From Ylistrum balloti (lineage: Eukaryota), in assembly GCF_031769215.1 (NCBI RefSeq), contig NW_026783008.1:62001-126000 (forward strand): a DNA stretch of 64,000 nucleotides, written 5' to 3'. A program made the translations under genes and the position numbers. The notes beneath the pieces are model-generated. The model had not been told where the DNA came from. It saw nothing but the letters and a program-made list of their open reading frames with translations, and made no database searches. Every line of letters starts with the position of its first letter. The stretch's first letter is position 1. Positions 1 through 15,102 of the stretch are shown here, piece by piece.

Positions 1-2666
1 AGTTGCTTTGGCATTTTAGTGCAACTTTTGTGTCTACAGTGATGTTGTGAACTCAAATATACAAGTCCTGGACTAGTGCTTTTCCTGTGGAACATGCTTG
101 AATTTTGAGAGCCCACCCTATCCCTTAGTAATTGGATTCATCAAAATTTTGAAAATGATGCTGTAGACTCCCTAAAAAAATCCCACAAAAATTACTGTGA
201 CAGAAATTACAAAATTCATCGAAAATATTAGGTATTTCCTTTGGGATTGTAGCTGAGTTTTGGTTGTTATGGACACCTGGCTGAATTCCTTAGTCCATCA
301 TACCCATATCACTACCACTACTGCCATTAGCCAAGATCTATGGGGGCTTACCTCTAATACCAGGGTTAGCTTTGATGTAAACAGGCGAAAGTACTACTGA
401 TTCCAGATGTAACGTTATAGTCTTAACACTGTAACCGGCCTTTCATCTGCCCTCCTGATCCTGTTTGAAGTGGTGTACATTCCTGAGTCCTATTCTAGTA
501 TTTAACACCACCATTGGCTGTACAGATAAAGCCCATTAAGTGTTTTCTGAATATTTGAAGAGGTTAGGAAATGAGCCCCGCAGGATATACTTCCTAAATC
601 ATCAAATGATTATGTAATGTAAACAACAAAAATAAGTAATTAAATCATTGTCATGCATCCTTTATCATCTCTCTGTTAAAATGGAGGTTTTATTGTAGAT
701 TTTACATAGTCATTCTTGGTTTTAATTCAGTTCACTTTAGTACTGAATTATAAGTACAAGATATAATTTGCTGACAAACACTACTTGTCGTTCATTGATA
801 GTACGGAACACTCACCCTGTCTTTGGCAAAATATAGCTAGTATTTCAGTTTTCGGAACATTCTCTTGAGGTTGGTGATGTCAACAGAGTAGAAGTCAGTG
901 ATAATACGCTCCATACCGGTCATTTGTCTGATAAAGGTAACATTGAAGTCATTGAAATGACACACTTAAATCTTCTACTGTCTGATAAAAAAACTTCTAT
1001 TCTGTAATATTCAGGTAATGATAAAAAATTCACTGCAAGTGGAACATAACTTTGTGAAATTATGAATGATTTTTGATGAATCTAGTTAAAACTTACATCA
1101 CACCAGCAAGGAAGTATAATATTTAATATAAGTATTGTATAGAAGTAACAGTGTAACTTTTACTTAACCTATGTAATACACTAAATATGTATTATTGAGT
1201 ATGATAAAAAGTTCTGTATGTTTTAGTATGAATTATATGTCATAATGTGAAAGCCATTATCAACACATCGATATAAATCTGCATTAAATGAAAATGTTTG
1301 TAAATGTTTGGACTTAAATAACAAAATTATCAACAAATCATTGTCAGCTAGTGTTATTAAGAATTAAGATATATATACATATTGATACCAGATACATATT
1401 CTTGATACCAAATTTTATTATCAAAGAAATGGAAAGGCATGACAGGTCAGGAAGAAAGGGAATGACTTAAGTGATAATGAATGATTTTTTTCTGTTTGTT
1501 CAGTGAACCATATCAATAACAATATATGTCTTTGTGGATATTATTTTCATGAAGCATGATAATTTGTTTGTAATATTTATGATCAGTCTACAGATACTAA
1601 ACGTGTGTTGACTTGTAATCACAAAGATAGGTGCACCTTTATCAATTAAGATAAACAGGTGTTGTTCACATCTGATCACATTACCTATATATATTTACCT
1701 GTACGACCACTGACCCAGTGGCGATCATGTGTACACATTACAGCCTACATTCATCTTTGAACCCTGTGAACCTTCTCCCACAATGCACTGCTTCATTGTT
1801 GATGTTTCGTGTCCGTGTATTTCCTGTTCTGGGGACAGTCTTAAAGTGTACTTTGGTTATGATTTATTTCAGTTTTGTGCATTGTCAGTGTTAAAGTCAA
1901 CTTGACGAGGATTTACCTTGTCTGTAACGGATCTCTACGTAGGTGTGAAGTTTAAATCTCCGGTAAAAGGTTAACGCGAAACGATTGATCGCTTGGAGAG
2001 AAATAGTGGGAAGGGTGTAACATGTTAGAGCTTGTAATATAGACACAGATATACAGACATGTAGGACGGACCCCAGGAGATGTGTCCCGACCCCTACACA
2101 GGTGGAATCAGGTCACTAACTTCATAGAGTCAGGTAGGCAATTCTGTCTGTAACACCGTGTGACAAGCTGTAATGGCCTTAGTCTAGACTTTGGTTTATG
2201 AATGGGTGTTATTGTGTAGGGCTCTATGGAGTCAGCTGAGCTATATCAACCTTGGACAAACTCATTCAGTATATTTGCTCTATTTTCTAACCTTGCTGTT
2301 TCTGCTTTCTTAGACAGTAATTTTATTTGAGATATATACAATAGTGTTGAATTTACCTGTAGACTCTATCTGTCATTAAACAGTGTGATATCATTATATT
2401 TCATTATTTAGTTCAGTCTGATCAGTACAAACCTGTTTGAACAATTATTTTGTGTAAGGCTAGCATGTATATCATAGCTTTGCTGACTTTTTCTGTAGCA
2501 TTACAGCAATTCTCAAGAAAACAGTAACGATGTTGGACTATGATACAGTGAGAATCGTGAAACTCCTGGAGACAGGGACTATTTACCAAATCTGTGGCTT
2601 CTTTTTGATCATTTGTACATAAGAATATGACTTATTTGGATTTCGATGTAGTATGTTACACACCAT

Positions 2667-2920
2667 GGGGGCCATGATGGCTTAATTGGTAGAGCCTAGG
2701 TATTCCCAGGTGGAGATCCAAGGTGTATGGTTTGATGCTCCAAACCTGTGGCATTTTGTTTGTTTCTCAAGAAGCTGAGAAACACACAGGTCGCTAATTG
2801 CTCTGGATGACATTACACAGGCTTCCTGTGTGTTGTTGTTCAGCGAGGTAGCCACCAACTGTCTTAATATGGTCCAGACTGTTTATAGGCTGATAAAAAC
2901 AGCATACAAACAAATAAACA
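2667..2920 (+). mobile_element. Decayed tRNA-derived SINE
   Basis: tRNA-like head GGGGCCATGA-TGGCTTAATTGGTAGAGC (A box 2678-2689), degenerate B box GGTTTGATGCTCC near 2729-2741, and an ACAAACAAATAAACAA-type tail. Family not assignable by eye. Confidence 0.55.
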
Positions 2921-3995
2921 AGCACAGTATACCTGTAACCAGTTTCCATCATCTACATTAATGTAGGTGAAGGTCGCAGGTTAAATAATCAGGGGTCAAG
3001 GTCTATGATTAAGTGAAATAATACGCTATTCTGTATCATGTCTCTATTATTAAATGTGGAGGTCGCTGATTAAATAATCAGAGGTCAAGGTCACTAATCA
3101 ATCAAAAACCTCTAGATAATCACATATTTAATGGCACCACGCCAGTTTGAAACATTGACCATGAATTAATTGTTTTCTATTAATGATGCTATTGCTCTGA
3201 GTTCAGAATTTTTATATTTATTTCACTAATATTGCGTAATATATGGAGTCAAAGACAAGGTCAGGTCACATGACATACTTTCCTAAGATCTTAGGAAGAT
3301 AAAATACCGATGTGTACAGATCTGTGTAAATGAGATCAGGAGTCACAGAGTTCATTGCAAAACCAATCCAGGTAACATCTTCTTCCTGAGGTGTTTGGTT
3401 GATTAGTCAGATGGATATTTTCATGCTTCCTTTCATCTGGTAATAGCTGGGGTTTAATTAAATTTAAATTAAATAGACAAAATTTAGTAGATTTCATGGA
3501 AGTTGAGAGTATGTTGTGTTTACAATCAGGATAAGATTGGGGGGTGGGGAAGTGATTTAAATTCTAAAAGTTTCAGTTGATGTAGAAATATGTTTTAATG
3601 TTTACTAGATACAAAAGTCTGTTTTATTTTGTTCATTTGACAGATAATCAGTTAGAAACAATAGAATGTGAAAGTCGGTATTTAGTGTGAGAAAATTCAG
3701 GAGAGATGATGAGAACTTTGTGATCTATTATTAAAGATGAATGACATGCATGAATAACTCAGGATCGTGGAGGTTGACACAGCTTAATGTTATCCTATCA
3801 TGTCAGCTCTAAGCTTTCATTCATAATTATGTAAATGAGGCAAGCAAAATATGTGTATTGGGGGCGGACACGCCATCTAAGGTATATAGGTGTGACAGTA
3901 TCAAGTGTATCCTTACCTGGCTCACTGCAAAGGCCTTAAAAAATATCTGTTACAAAGGTGACTGATTCATGTGATGTGGAAACTTTAACTGGCTC

Positions 3996-4463
3996 ACACT
4001 GTACACCTAGACGGATCCTGTGATGTACCTTTACTGGCCCTCAGTGTAGACCTAGACAGATCATGTGATGTACCTTTACTGGCCCATAGCGTAGACCTAG
4101 ACAGATCATGTGATGTACCTTTACTGGCCCTCAGCATAGACCTAGACAGATCATGTGATGTACCTTTACTGGTCCACAGCGTAGACCTAGACCGATCATG
4201 TGATGTACCTTTACTGGCCCACAGCGTAGACCTAGACAGATCATGTGATGTATCTTTACTTGCCCTCAGCATAGACCTAGACAGATCATGTGATGTACCT
4301 TTACTGGCCCTCAGCGTAGACCTAGACCGATCATGTGATGTACCTTTACTGGCCCACAGCATAGACCTAGACAGGTCATGTGATTTGGTACCTTTACTGG
4401 CCCTCAGCGTATACCTAGACAGATCATGTGATGTACCTTTACTGGCCCACAGCATAGACCTAA
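3996..4463. repeat. 45-bp minisatellite, about 10 copies
   Basis: Unit GTAGACCTAGACAGATCATGTGATGTACCTTTACTGGCCCTCAGC; explains the 15-aa periodic ORF 3994-4563. Confidence 0.95.
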
Positions 4464-6049
4464 ACAACAAAGAATACTGAAACAACTTTGAAGAATTGGG
4501 AAGGGAGAAATGTGTATCTATATATACCTTGTAACAGGAACTAGATATAATGGTATGATTCAAAACTTACACGAGTGATCTTGACCTGAGTGGCTGAGGT
4601 AAAGTTATACCCAGGTAATACACCTGAAACACCATACCAGTTAATACTTAAAACACCTGGATTTCCTTTCCTTCAACCTCCTAGCAGAGAGATGTAACAC
4701 TCAAAAGAAAAACGTATCAAAAACTTCTGTTTGACATGTAACCATACAGAATATTTTGAAAATTGCCAACAAGTTGAACCACTTTTTTCAATATTATTTT
4801 AATAAACAGCCTACAATGCAATTATTTAAAAGGTTCTGTCAGATAAAAATGTTCAGTCTTTTTTAAGTCATTGACATCAATTTGTATGAAAACTCGGGTA
4901 GTGATTTTCTCTGGTATATGGAGGGCCTGATGTGCTTGTATTACAAGAAGGATATGAAAAGGGACTGAAACTTGTGTCACATCAGCTCGCTGTTACAACA
5001 AGTTATTTCTGTTCCTTCTTATAAATAATAGATGTAATTATTACTGGCATATTATACAGATGTGATGGGAGATGCAACAGAAAATCTGCTTCGTTACCGT
5101 TCTGTGATTCAGTGTCCTGAGACTTTGTATAATTTCTGTAACTAATAAGTAAACTTGCGATAAAAATACACAAATTATGCAGATATAAAAGTTCTTTTGC
5201 CAGAGTCTAAACTCTGATGATAGGAAAACTCACTTTCATCATTATAGAAATATTTTCAAAATATCTAGAAGAAAAAAAACGATGTTTCAGGACTAAAGGA
5301 TATCTATTTGAATGAGATCACTCCAGGAATTTCACTCAGTACACAAAAACTAATACAATAGTTTATCTTTATATACATTAGTGGTTCATTCATTCCTGTG
5401 TACACTTCTACACAAACATCTTGCTTGTTTTACTATGTCCTATAGTGTATGGATTGATGCTAGGTTTTTTCTGTGGTTCTAAATATGGGTCCCATTCCTA
5501 ATTTGATTATTTTAAAATAAAATTTTCGAAATATATAGTTTACTTCCAAAATTTCCTTCTAAATTGATCAATTATTTTCCCAAAATGAGATTTAAAACTG
5601 CCCTGCCATTTCCTCAGTGATAATTCTTTTTCATTTTCTGCATCATAAGAGGTTAATTAAAATGCTTTATTTCTTCATTGACAAAACTAATATACATCAG
5701 TCACCATGTAAAGCTAGTAATGATCATTTAGGTTTAACTAAAGGGAGATTACTCATTGCTGTACACATGGAAAACTTTCTTGGATAAAGGGATATTGAGC
5801 ATGGTTTTAAACCTATGTCTGGCCAATCACTGGAAATATTTCAGGTGGAGGTCTTTTTCCTTCAATATTTTGGCAAGTTCATTATCATCTGTGATACAAA
5901 AAATGTTGTTTTATTTTGATGAATCTTTTAATTGGAACTGGACACTAAATGCTTTTTCATGCCAATATTACTGTTGTTTCACATTAAACAGGAAATGTAA
6001 TGTAAGGTTTTTGTGACCCAGAATTCAATGTATTTTAGACATCTCCTGA

Positions 6050-6379
<330 letters not shown>

Positions 6380-9134
6380 TGATATAATGTCTCTTATATA
6401 TAGTAACCTGTAGGAGTTTCCAGGTAATATGGAAACAAGTCTTTAAAAAAGGCTAAAATAAAAAAATTCATGATGAGTTTCATTAATTACACATTAAATA
6501 TAAAAATATTCAGATTTTTTTTATCACAATTGATTTTTCAACCAAGTATGGTTGAAAACAGACGTTTCTACGTCAGATTTGAAGTCCTATTTGCTCTATG
6601 TATCTATGGTCTCCATTGTTACCTTACAATGCTGTTTGTGATGGCATTTGATTATCTGAAATAACATCAAAATAAGCTATATTACACCTGTGTGGTACAT
6701 TCATTGAACAACATGGCAATCACGTGATAAAAACATTGCGTGCCTCAAAAGGATCAAACCTATAGACTTTTACACTGTTGCTGGACAAGTAACTAAAACA
6801 CAGGTACTCCCACACACAATCACACAAAACATCACTTATTTCATTCTTTAATGTTATTTTTTGCTGACGGATTTTAAGAAAATCAATCTTTCTTACAGTA
6901 AAAAAAAAAATCTCTTTGAATCTGTATAGTTTTTAGACCAGCAGGTGGATTTAGTGCTGCATATTTCATCATGAAAATAAAATATCAGTGCACGAAATAA
7001 GATACAAATATACATGTATGTAAGTACACATTATCCTCTTTAATTCCGCCTTTCTATACAGCACACGCCCACCAAACTACAAGGATTTCAAATCTAGACA
7101 TGTTTCACTTTCATTTCAGTTACACAATTTTGCAGATTATTTATGACAAAAAATTTTTCCAGTTTCTGATTTCATCACATCACACTCAGAGTGCAGAATA
7201 TTTTAAAGCTTTAGGCTAATTTTAGAAGGAGGGATGTATACATTAGCATATGAGTTTAGGCAAAGCTCGGGTTCTGTTACTAAGGCAGCCGTGTGTTGTC
7301 AACGATTCCAGCTAAAAATAGAATGCCCATGCCTAGGTGGTAATGAAGAGGAATATTGAGAAGGAAATGTGGCTATATTTAGCACAAGTGATGTTCAAGA
7401 TTTACGTGGTGAGATTTTTTACTCGGAGAAGATTTTTAATGGAAGATACAGATGGAACAGGAAATGCCACACAGTCGATAGATGAGAGTCGACTTCAATC
7501 TGACGAATGTAATCCAAATTATAATGAAATCTTGACAAACCAGACACCAGAGGGACCAGTCATTGTAGTCAAGGAACCTAGGTGAAACTCATATTGATAA
7601 AAATTTACATGGAATTCCAAACAATACAGTCTATTTGAAAGAGATATCAAAACCAGTCTTTTTTGTATCAGGTTTGAAAACATTTCACCCTAAAACCTTG
7701 AAAAACAACTTCCTTCTTCTTTTTTTTTTTTTTTAACATTGCCAATTTGGTTTGTTTATCCTGACTTAGGCAGCAAAATTTGAATATGTGAGGTTGTTAA
7801 TTTGTTTTGTATAATAAGTTCTAAATACATTCCTGATGTCAGGTAATCGTTATGTTACATCTCTGTAGCTAAATAAGCAAAAGTTAAGCTCTTAAATCAT
7901 TGATTTAAAATAAAGTTCTGAACTAAATTGTAAATCCATCCATGCATGTGAGAATAAAATTGTTTAGATTAAAATTTAAATATAACCTTGGCTATTAATA
8001 AATAATTCTACTTGATTAAATATTTAATTTAATTTTTTTCTGAGTAAACACAATACTGCAGGTAGAGCTTATGTTGCGTGTATACGTAACAGGAAACCTT
8101 TCTTGTCGATAGTCATCTTTAAAGATAGAAAAGGTCTTGACCTTGTGAGGTCACAGTCTGATCAGTCATCCTCTGAAAGTTTTTGTGGAAAGCAGGGTAT
8201 TTACCTGGACAAGGGTATTTCCTGTAAACAGTCCTGGCCATTTCCTGTGTGTGAATCACAGGTAAACAAAGATTCTTATCCTACCTTGTTACACACAGGA
8301 AGACCTCCTCTGTCACCAGTTCTCCAACTTTTACATAGATCTTATCCAACTGATCACAACAGAAAAGGAAAGAAACTTACACAGAATGACAATTCTTTTT
8401 TTTTACGTTAGTGAAATAGAAATAACATGTGCTTGATTTAAATGAAAGATAGTATAATTTTACAATTTTAAATATCATTATCTTGGAAATTTTTTTTTTG
8501 ATATAATGAAGAGTTATACATAGTGTTTTAAGTGGAATTTCCAAAATTGTCACATTGTTTAAGGATGTAAAAAGTAATCTGTGGAAAATACTTCTTTTGA
8601 TATGAAGAAATGAAATTTACTCAAATGTTAAAAGAATCTCAAGGCTTGAGAGAAAAATGAAAGTGTTGAAGACATATATATACACAAATGTTTTCAAGAT
8701 CAACATGAATAATAACTTATTTCAATTCATAATCCTGATTTAAATCTTAAAAAATCAAAGTAGCTTTCAGTTAAAAATGAATGAAGTGATGCAAAGTTTG
8801 AGTCCTATAAATCAAACTATGGACAATGTTAACAACTATGACAACCATATTGAGTGTGATGTATGTGTGACACAGAGAGACCCACTCGCCTGGGTTTTTT
8901 TAACTGCTTGACCAAAAATCAATATCTAATGCATGGTGCAGACCATGTACCTAGATCCATCATGCCTTAGTGCACTTGGGTTAGCCCTGAATGTTGTCTC
9001 CTTTGTGGGTTGATCATCCAGGAGAACACTATATTATGAAGCAGATGCAAATATAATTTTAATTAACTTCTTGATTTTTTTATGCTACACCACAATGTCT
9101 CAGTGCATTCACAAACTTGTCTTTACTCTATAAT

Positions 9135-9530
9135 GGTTGTCTACCCTGTATTTGGTGTCTCTACCCTGTATTTGGTGTCTCTATCCTATTTTTGGTGTCT
9201 CTACCCTGTATTTGGTGTCTCTACCCTATATTTGGTGTCTCAACCCTATATTTGGTGTCTCTACTCTGTATTTGGTACCTGTATCCCATATTTGGTGTCT
9301 CTATCCTATATTTGGTGTCTCTACCCTATATTTGGTGTCTCTATCCTGTATTTGGTGTCTCTATCCTGTATTTTGTGTCTTTATCCTATATTTGGTGTCT
9401 CTATCCTGTATTTGGTGTCTTTATCCTATATTTAGTGTGTCTACCCTGTATTTAGTGTCTCTATCCTGTATTTGGTGTCTCTACCCTATATTTGGTGTCT
9501 CTATCCTGTATTTGGTGTCTCTATCCTGTA
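9135..9530. repeat. 20-bp minisatellite, about 19 copies
   Basis: Unit TCTCTA(C/T)CCT(G/A)TATTTGGTG. Confidence 0.95.
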
Positions 9531-10811
9531 GTAGGTTTCGCCTTCCTGTAGGTATCTTGACATTGCTTCACCTCTGCCCGCTCTGCCAGTGCATCACCTC
9601 TGCACACATCTTACCACGCTTTAAAAAGATCAATAATGTCTGGGAGGGAATCGGGTTGTCCTGGTAACCAGTCTGCACAGACAGAATTTCTGAGAAATTA
9701 AGGAAAGTAGCAGAGAGTTGACGGTGCAGAGATTGTCCCGTGCCGACAGGGACCCTCCTGGCCAGACCAGCAAGCTACGGGTCAGACGATGTAGGTAGCT
9801 CAGCTAAACCTGAGGGCTGGCTTAACCAAACAAAAGCAATATTCTACCAGTGTCAAGCTTATCGTACTGGAGGTCAGACAGTCAGATGATTCCATCTTAG
9901 TACCATCTGCATTCATTTGTATAAACATATAAAGCTTGGAAATAGTGACAAGTAAAAAAAACTTGTGTAAATGAGAAAAATTACAGACATTCATGTTATT
10001 CATTTGAATTATTGCGGTAAGCAATATATCTAGGCAAGGACCGTATTCATCTATCACAAAAGTTATTGTCCTCAAAGACGGAGCTAATTGGTATGTTGAT
10101 AGACTGTAAATAGATTCAATCTCTTACTTATTTTCTACTGAATACTGATCTGATCGTTTACTGATAGTCGTAATGCACCTGGAGACCACTGATATTGTGG
10201 GACATTTTAGAAATTGTAGACAGATTTTACCTAGATAGACATCACTAATCCTTAACATACCTCATTGTATGTTACAGGCGGCATTTGATGTAAATTTTAA
10301 GTAGACATAGATGACATTGCAGGAACATTTTTTCCACATCTTCCAAAATGGGCTTTGAATTTGGAGAAAAGTGTGACAAAATCTCAAATGGGGTAAAAAC
10401 TAGTAAAACATTCAGATATTTAAATTTTATCATCTCTTGGTTTCTTTTTCTTCTGTGCTCAAAACTTTAGTGCAGTTTTACACATATTTTAATGCAAATC
10501 TTTCAGTGCAAAATACATTAAAATAAGATTATTGATATAAGATATTTACGTTGTAAGCATTCAAGATAAGATTTTTTCCTAGCTGTTCTGAGCATTTACA
10601 ACTTGAAATTAAAACATGGAGATATATTTTGATATGGTTTATGAAAAGACAAAATAAGAAGTGGTTTTGGTATCAATTTTACATCTCTAAGTTAGATCTT
10701 GATACTGTTATTATTGTGAAGGTTTATCAGGATTAATGTCACTGATTGGAGACGGTGCTGTTGACTAAGCTCCCTTTCTTTAGGCTGTACCATAATCCAA
10801 CACTTATTAGT

Positions 10812-11497
10812 TAAAGTCTTTGGTTTACAGGAAATCTTAGAGGTTATTCGGTAAAACCTAGAGTCTTTGGTTAACAAGAAATCTCAGTGAGATATTTGGT
10901 AAAACTGAAGTCTTTGGTTAACAAGAAATCTCAGTGAGATATTTGGTAAAACTGAAGTATTTGGTTAACAAGAAATCTCAGTGAGATATTTGGTAAAACT
11001 GAAGTATTTGGTTAACAAGAAATCTCAGTGAGATATTTGGTAAAACTGAAGTCTTTGGTTAACAAGAAATCTCAGTGAGATATTTGGTAAAACTGAAGTC
11101 TTTGGATAACAAGAAATCTCAGTGAGATATTTGGTAAAAACAAGAGTCTTTGGTTAACAAGAAATCTTAGCGAGATATTTGGTAAAACTAAAGTCTTTGG
11201 TTAACAAGAAATCTCAGTGAGATATTTGGTAAAAACAAGAGTCTTTGGTTAACAAGAAATCTTAGCGAGATATTTGGTAAAAACAAGAGTCTTTGGTTAA
11301 CAAGAAATCTCAGTGAGATATTTGGTAAAAACAAGAGTCTTTGGTTAACAAAAATCTTAGCGAGATATTTGGTAAAACTGAAGTCTTTGGTTAACAAGAA
11401 ATCTCAGTGAGATATTTGGTAAAAACAAGAGTCTTTGGTTAACAAGAAATCTTAGCGAGATATTTGGTAAAACTAAAGTCTTTGGTTAACAAGAAAT
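10812..11497. repeat. 47/48-bp minisatellite, about 14 copies
   Basis: Unit GTCTTTGGTTAACAAGAAATCTCAGTGAGATATTTGGTAAAACTGAA, with a 48-bp variant and an internal ATCTCA-G-TGAGAT palindrome. Confidence 0.95.
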
Positions 11498-11869
11498 GAA
11501 AGAATGGAAGTAGGTGAATAGTACAGAGTCTAAGAAAGGTATTAGATAAAGTGCAGAGGTGTACAGGTAGACCTGCAGGTGTGTAGGGAGTTGATAAATG
11601 AGGTATATATCACACAGGTGTGATGTTAATATATCAATAGGTAGGATAAGTGGGCCTGTTGTCTCTTCTGTAGCAAAGTATATTGGTTGATGTCAAATAT
11701 TAATGGATGGTAATTGTTTCTTTGTGTCTTCGTCTTGTACACATGGCCGTCATTTCGTAAGGCTAATAGTACAGTTGTCACTCTTCCCTGCTACAAAGTA
11801 TCGGTACATTCAGGTCTCAGGGAGTTACAATATCTCTACATCTCCAGGCTGCTAATATAGAAGTTTGAC

Positions 11870-12840
11870 AAGGATATGTCCAGGTCGCAGGGCCACTGTA
11901 ATATGAGTGATTAGATATGTCCTGGTCTCGGGGCCAGTGTAATACAAGTGTCCTGATATGTCCAGTTCTAAGGCCTTCTGTTACATGATAAGGATTTTAT
12001 GTCCAGGTCTTGAGGCCCTTGTCAAATGAGTGACAGGGATGTGTCTAGGTTTGAGGGCCCCAATGAACGACAGGGATATGTCTAGGTTTAAGGGTCCCAA
12101 TGAGTGACAGGGACGTGTCTAATTTCAGGGTCCCAATGAGTGACAGGGACGTGTCTAGGTTTGTCTGACAGGATGTGTCTAGGTTTCAGGGTCCCAATGA
12201 GTGACAGGGATGTGTCTAATTTCAGGGTCCCAATGAGTGACAGGGACGTGTCTAGGTGTCTGGATCCCAATGAGTGACAGGGATGTGTCTAGGTTTCAGG
12301 GTCCCAATGAGTGACAGGGACGTGTCTAGGTTTAAGGGTCCCAATGAGTGACAGTGACGTGTCTAGGTTTCAGGGTCCCAATGAGTGACAGGAACGTTTC
12401 TAGGTTTCAGGGTCCCAATGAGTGACAGGAATGTGTCTAGGTTTCAGGATCCCAATGAGTGACAGGGATGTGTCTAGGTTTCAGGGTCCCAATGAGTGAC
12501 AAGGACGTGTCTAGGTTTCAGGGTCCCAATGAGTGACAGGGACGTGTCTAGTTTCATGGTCCTAATGAGTGACAGGGACGTGTCTAGGTTTCAGGGTCCC
12601 AATGAGTGACAGGGACGTGTCTAGTTTCATGGTCCCAATGAGTGACAGGGACGTGTCTAGGTTTCAGGGTCCCAATGAGTGACAAGGACTTGTCAGGTGT
12701 CAGGGTCCCAAGGAGTGACAGGGATATGTCTAGGTTTCAGGGTCCCAATGATTTACAGGGACGTGTCTAGGTTTAAAGGCCTCTTGAGATATCAGGGAGT
12801 ATACAAGACCAGTGCCCAGGACATGTACAGGTTTCAGGAC
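11870..12840. repeat. 37-bp minisatellite, homogeneous core ~12030-12775 with degenerate flanks
   Basis: Unit CAGGGTCCCAATGAGTGACAGGGACGTGTCTAGGTTT. Confidence 0.93.
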
Positions 12841-15102
12841 ATGTATTCCACAGTTCTCTCTCCGCGTATTACAGCCAGAATCATGTCAAATAATAAATCA
12901 ATGATTACATTGTGTTGGTGCACGATGCACACACTGTTCCTGTTATCACTGGTACGAAGCTATCAAGGTTTGAGGATTCGCTGCAGTCGCATACACAATC
13001 CACAAACATGCATGTCACCGAGTGTGGAATGCAGAATATACATGCATGCCTTGTCAGTTAGGGGTGTGCAGTGCACATGCATACTTGAGCGATGTGTTTG
13101 ATAAGTATGGTGGGGTCGCGACCCTGTCTGAGTGTGGCTCTATCCATGCTGTCACAGACATATACACAGCCACTAAGTTGATTCCTTGGTGCTGCAGCAA
13201 AACCATTCTGCATACAGCCTTGTTGACTTCCACATTGATAGACTGGAGACTGGTAGATATGTGTAAATATCTTGTACTTTTCCAGTGAACAGTGCTTCCT
13301 GTTTAATTATGAAAGAAATACAAATAATTCTCAAAAGATTTATTTTCTTAATCATCTTTTGAAATCTTTTTGAGAATAATTGATTTTAAAAACTTTTTTC
13401 CTGACTTCACTATCCAGCTGTACGTCGATGTTGTCTGCTCCCTTTCTGCTAGACATGTCTAGCTTCATTTCTCTTCTCCTACTTCGAAACCTAGGAAACT
13501 AGAATCAGATATCTTAAATGTATAATGTAGTCTCATTTCTCTTTTTTTTTATGAATTCAAAATTCTAGAATCTTAAGCCTATATACTTGTATCTTTCAAA
13601 ACAGGTTTTACATTGTCCCAGCGCTCCATCTGTTTCTGTTTGAAAACAAAGTGAGAAAGTCGAGCATTGCAGCAGAGACATACTTGTGATGCACTACAGT
13701 TTTAATCTGTTAAATCTGACCAATTATCGCCCAGTTTAGAATATAAGTGATTGTGATAGCATGTGACTATCGCCAATTAGCACCCAACGTCATAAAATAC
13801 AAAGTTGTGTTTTAAAAGGGTTGCAAATATTTGCAGCTGGTCAATGAAGAAAGACACCCTCCACCGTACAGCACTATCTCTTTAAACGCCGACAGAGGAA
13901 TTTACATGCCATATAGAATGCATGTGATGCATGTTCCTTGCAGAAGAATGTTTGATGGGTGCGCACTCCATCTGGTCGAAGAATGTGTGACGGGTGCATG
14001 CACCGTCTGGTGTTAAGTACCCTCTTAATCCATTACACATGGTGCCACTTTGGAACGGCCACACTTCTTACGATGCCACAGAAACATCCAGCCTGGAAGG
14101 GGAAAAAAAGATATTAACTGGTATACGGTGTAATGCATTATGCATAATATTAAAATTAGGTATAAGACCTGTGTATGAACACTGATATATGATAAAAGTC
14201 TGCTGCTCATTACAGCGTTGTAGGTTGTTACTAATTTGGTGCCAGATGTTTGATATTATATAATTTATACAATAATGTTAACTTCATGGGGCTGTTATTT
14301 CTCATATTGTTTATAGCTGTAAGGCATCATCTACACATAAAATGAAGATTGTATTTGTCGTAAAATATTTAAATTATACTCTTTCTATCACTAGTTCTCT
14401 ACCTCAAGGATATGTAAGTGAAAAACCTTACAGTTACCAGTTACCATGGCAACCATAATTCCGAGGGGAGGGGGTTGGGGTTGGGAGAGGTTGCAGGCAC
14501 ATCTACTTATGGTCTTTTCTATTGATATGAAGTTTCTTTGGACAGTTTTTGTGGTTGACAGACAGACAGACAAGGTGATTGCTGTACACCTGTATTGTTG
14601 TTGGAGTGGAGACTGCTTATTTGATAGACTAGTGTGATATGTGATGTTGTGGTGTTCCTGACTGGTACTTCAATAAACATCACTAACATACCTCTACATT
14701 GACAGATCACTGCCAAACGGTCATGATTGATTCTGCCAATAAGAGGTGGTGTTAATAGAGCAATTTAGCCAGTGAGAGAGCAACATAATGAGAAGTATTA
14801 GGTTAATTTGATAAGTTGTGATGCCAGTGCTTTCCTATCATTACTGTTTAATACACATTTTGTGGGGATTGAGGTATAACAGAGTTACGACAGGATGGAG
14901 ATTGATGGGTACTCTTACCAAAAATTGAGGAAAGGGTAATACAAGCTACAGAACTGTGTTGGAGGAATATACATGTACTGTGTGTATCTATGGACAGAAA
15001 GATGTATAAAGCATACACTATAAGCATTTTACATTTAATCCATATATCTATGGTTTGACATTTCTCACAAAATTCTGGAAAACTACCCTCAGGGTAGGTA
15101 CC

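Noticed and set aside
9640-9800. GC-richer intronic patch as a coding exon
   Set aside because: Available ATG frames stop early and no phase-0 acceptor/donor pair keeps the DYRK1A frame open.
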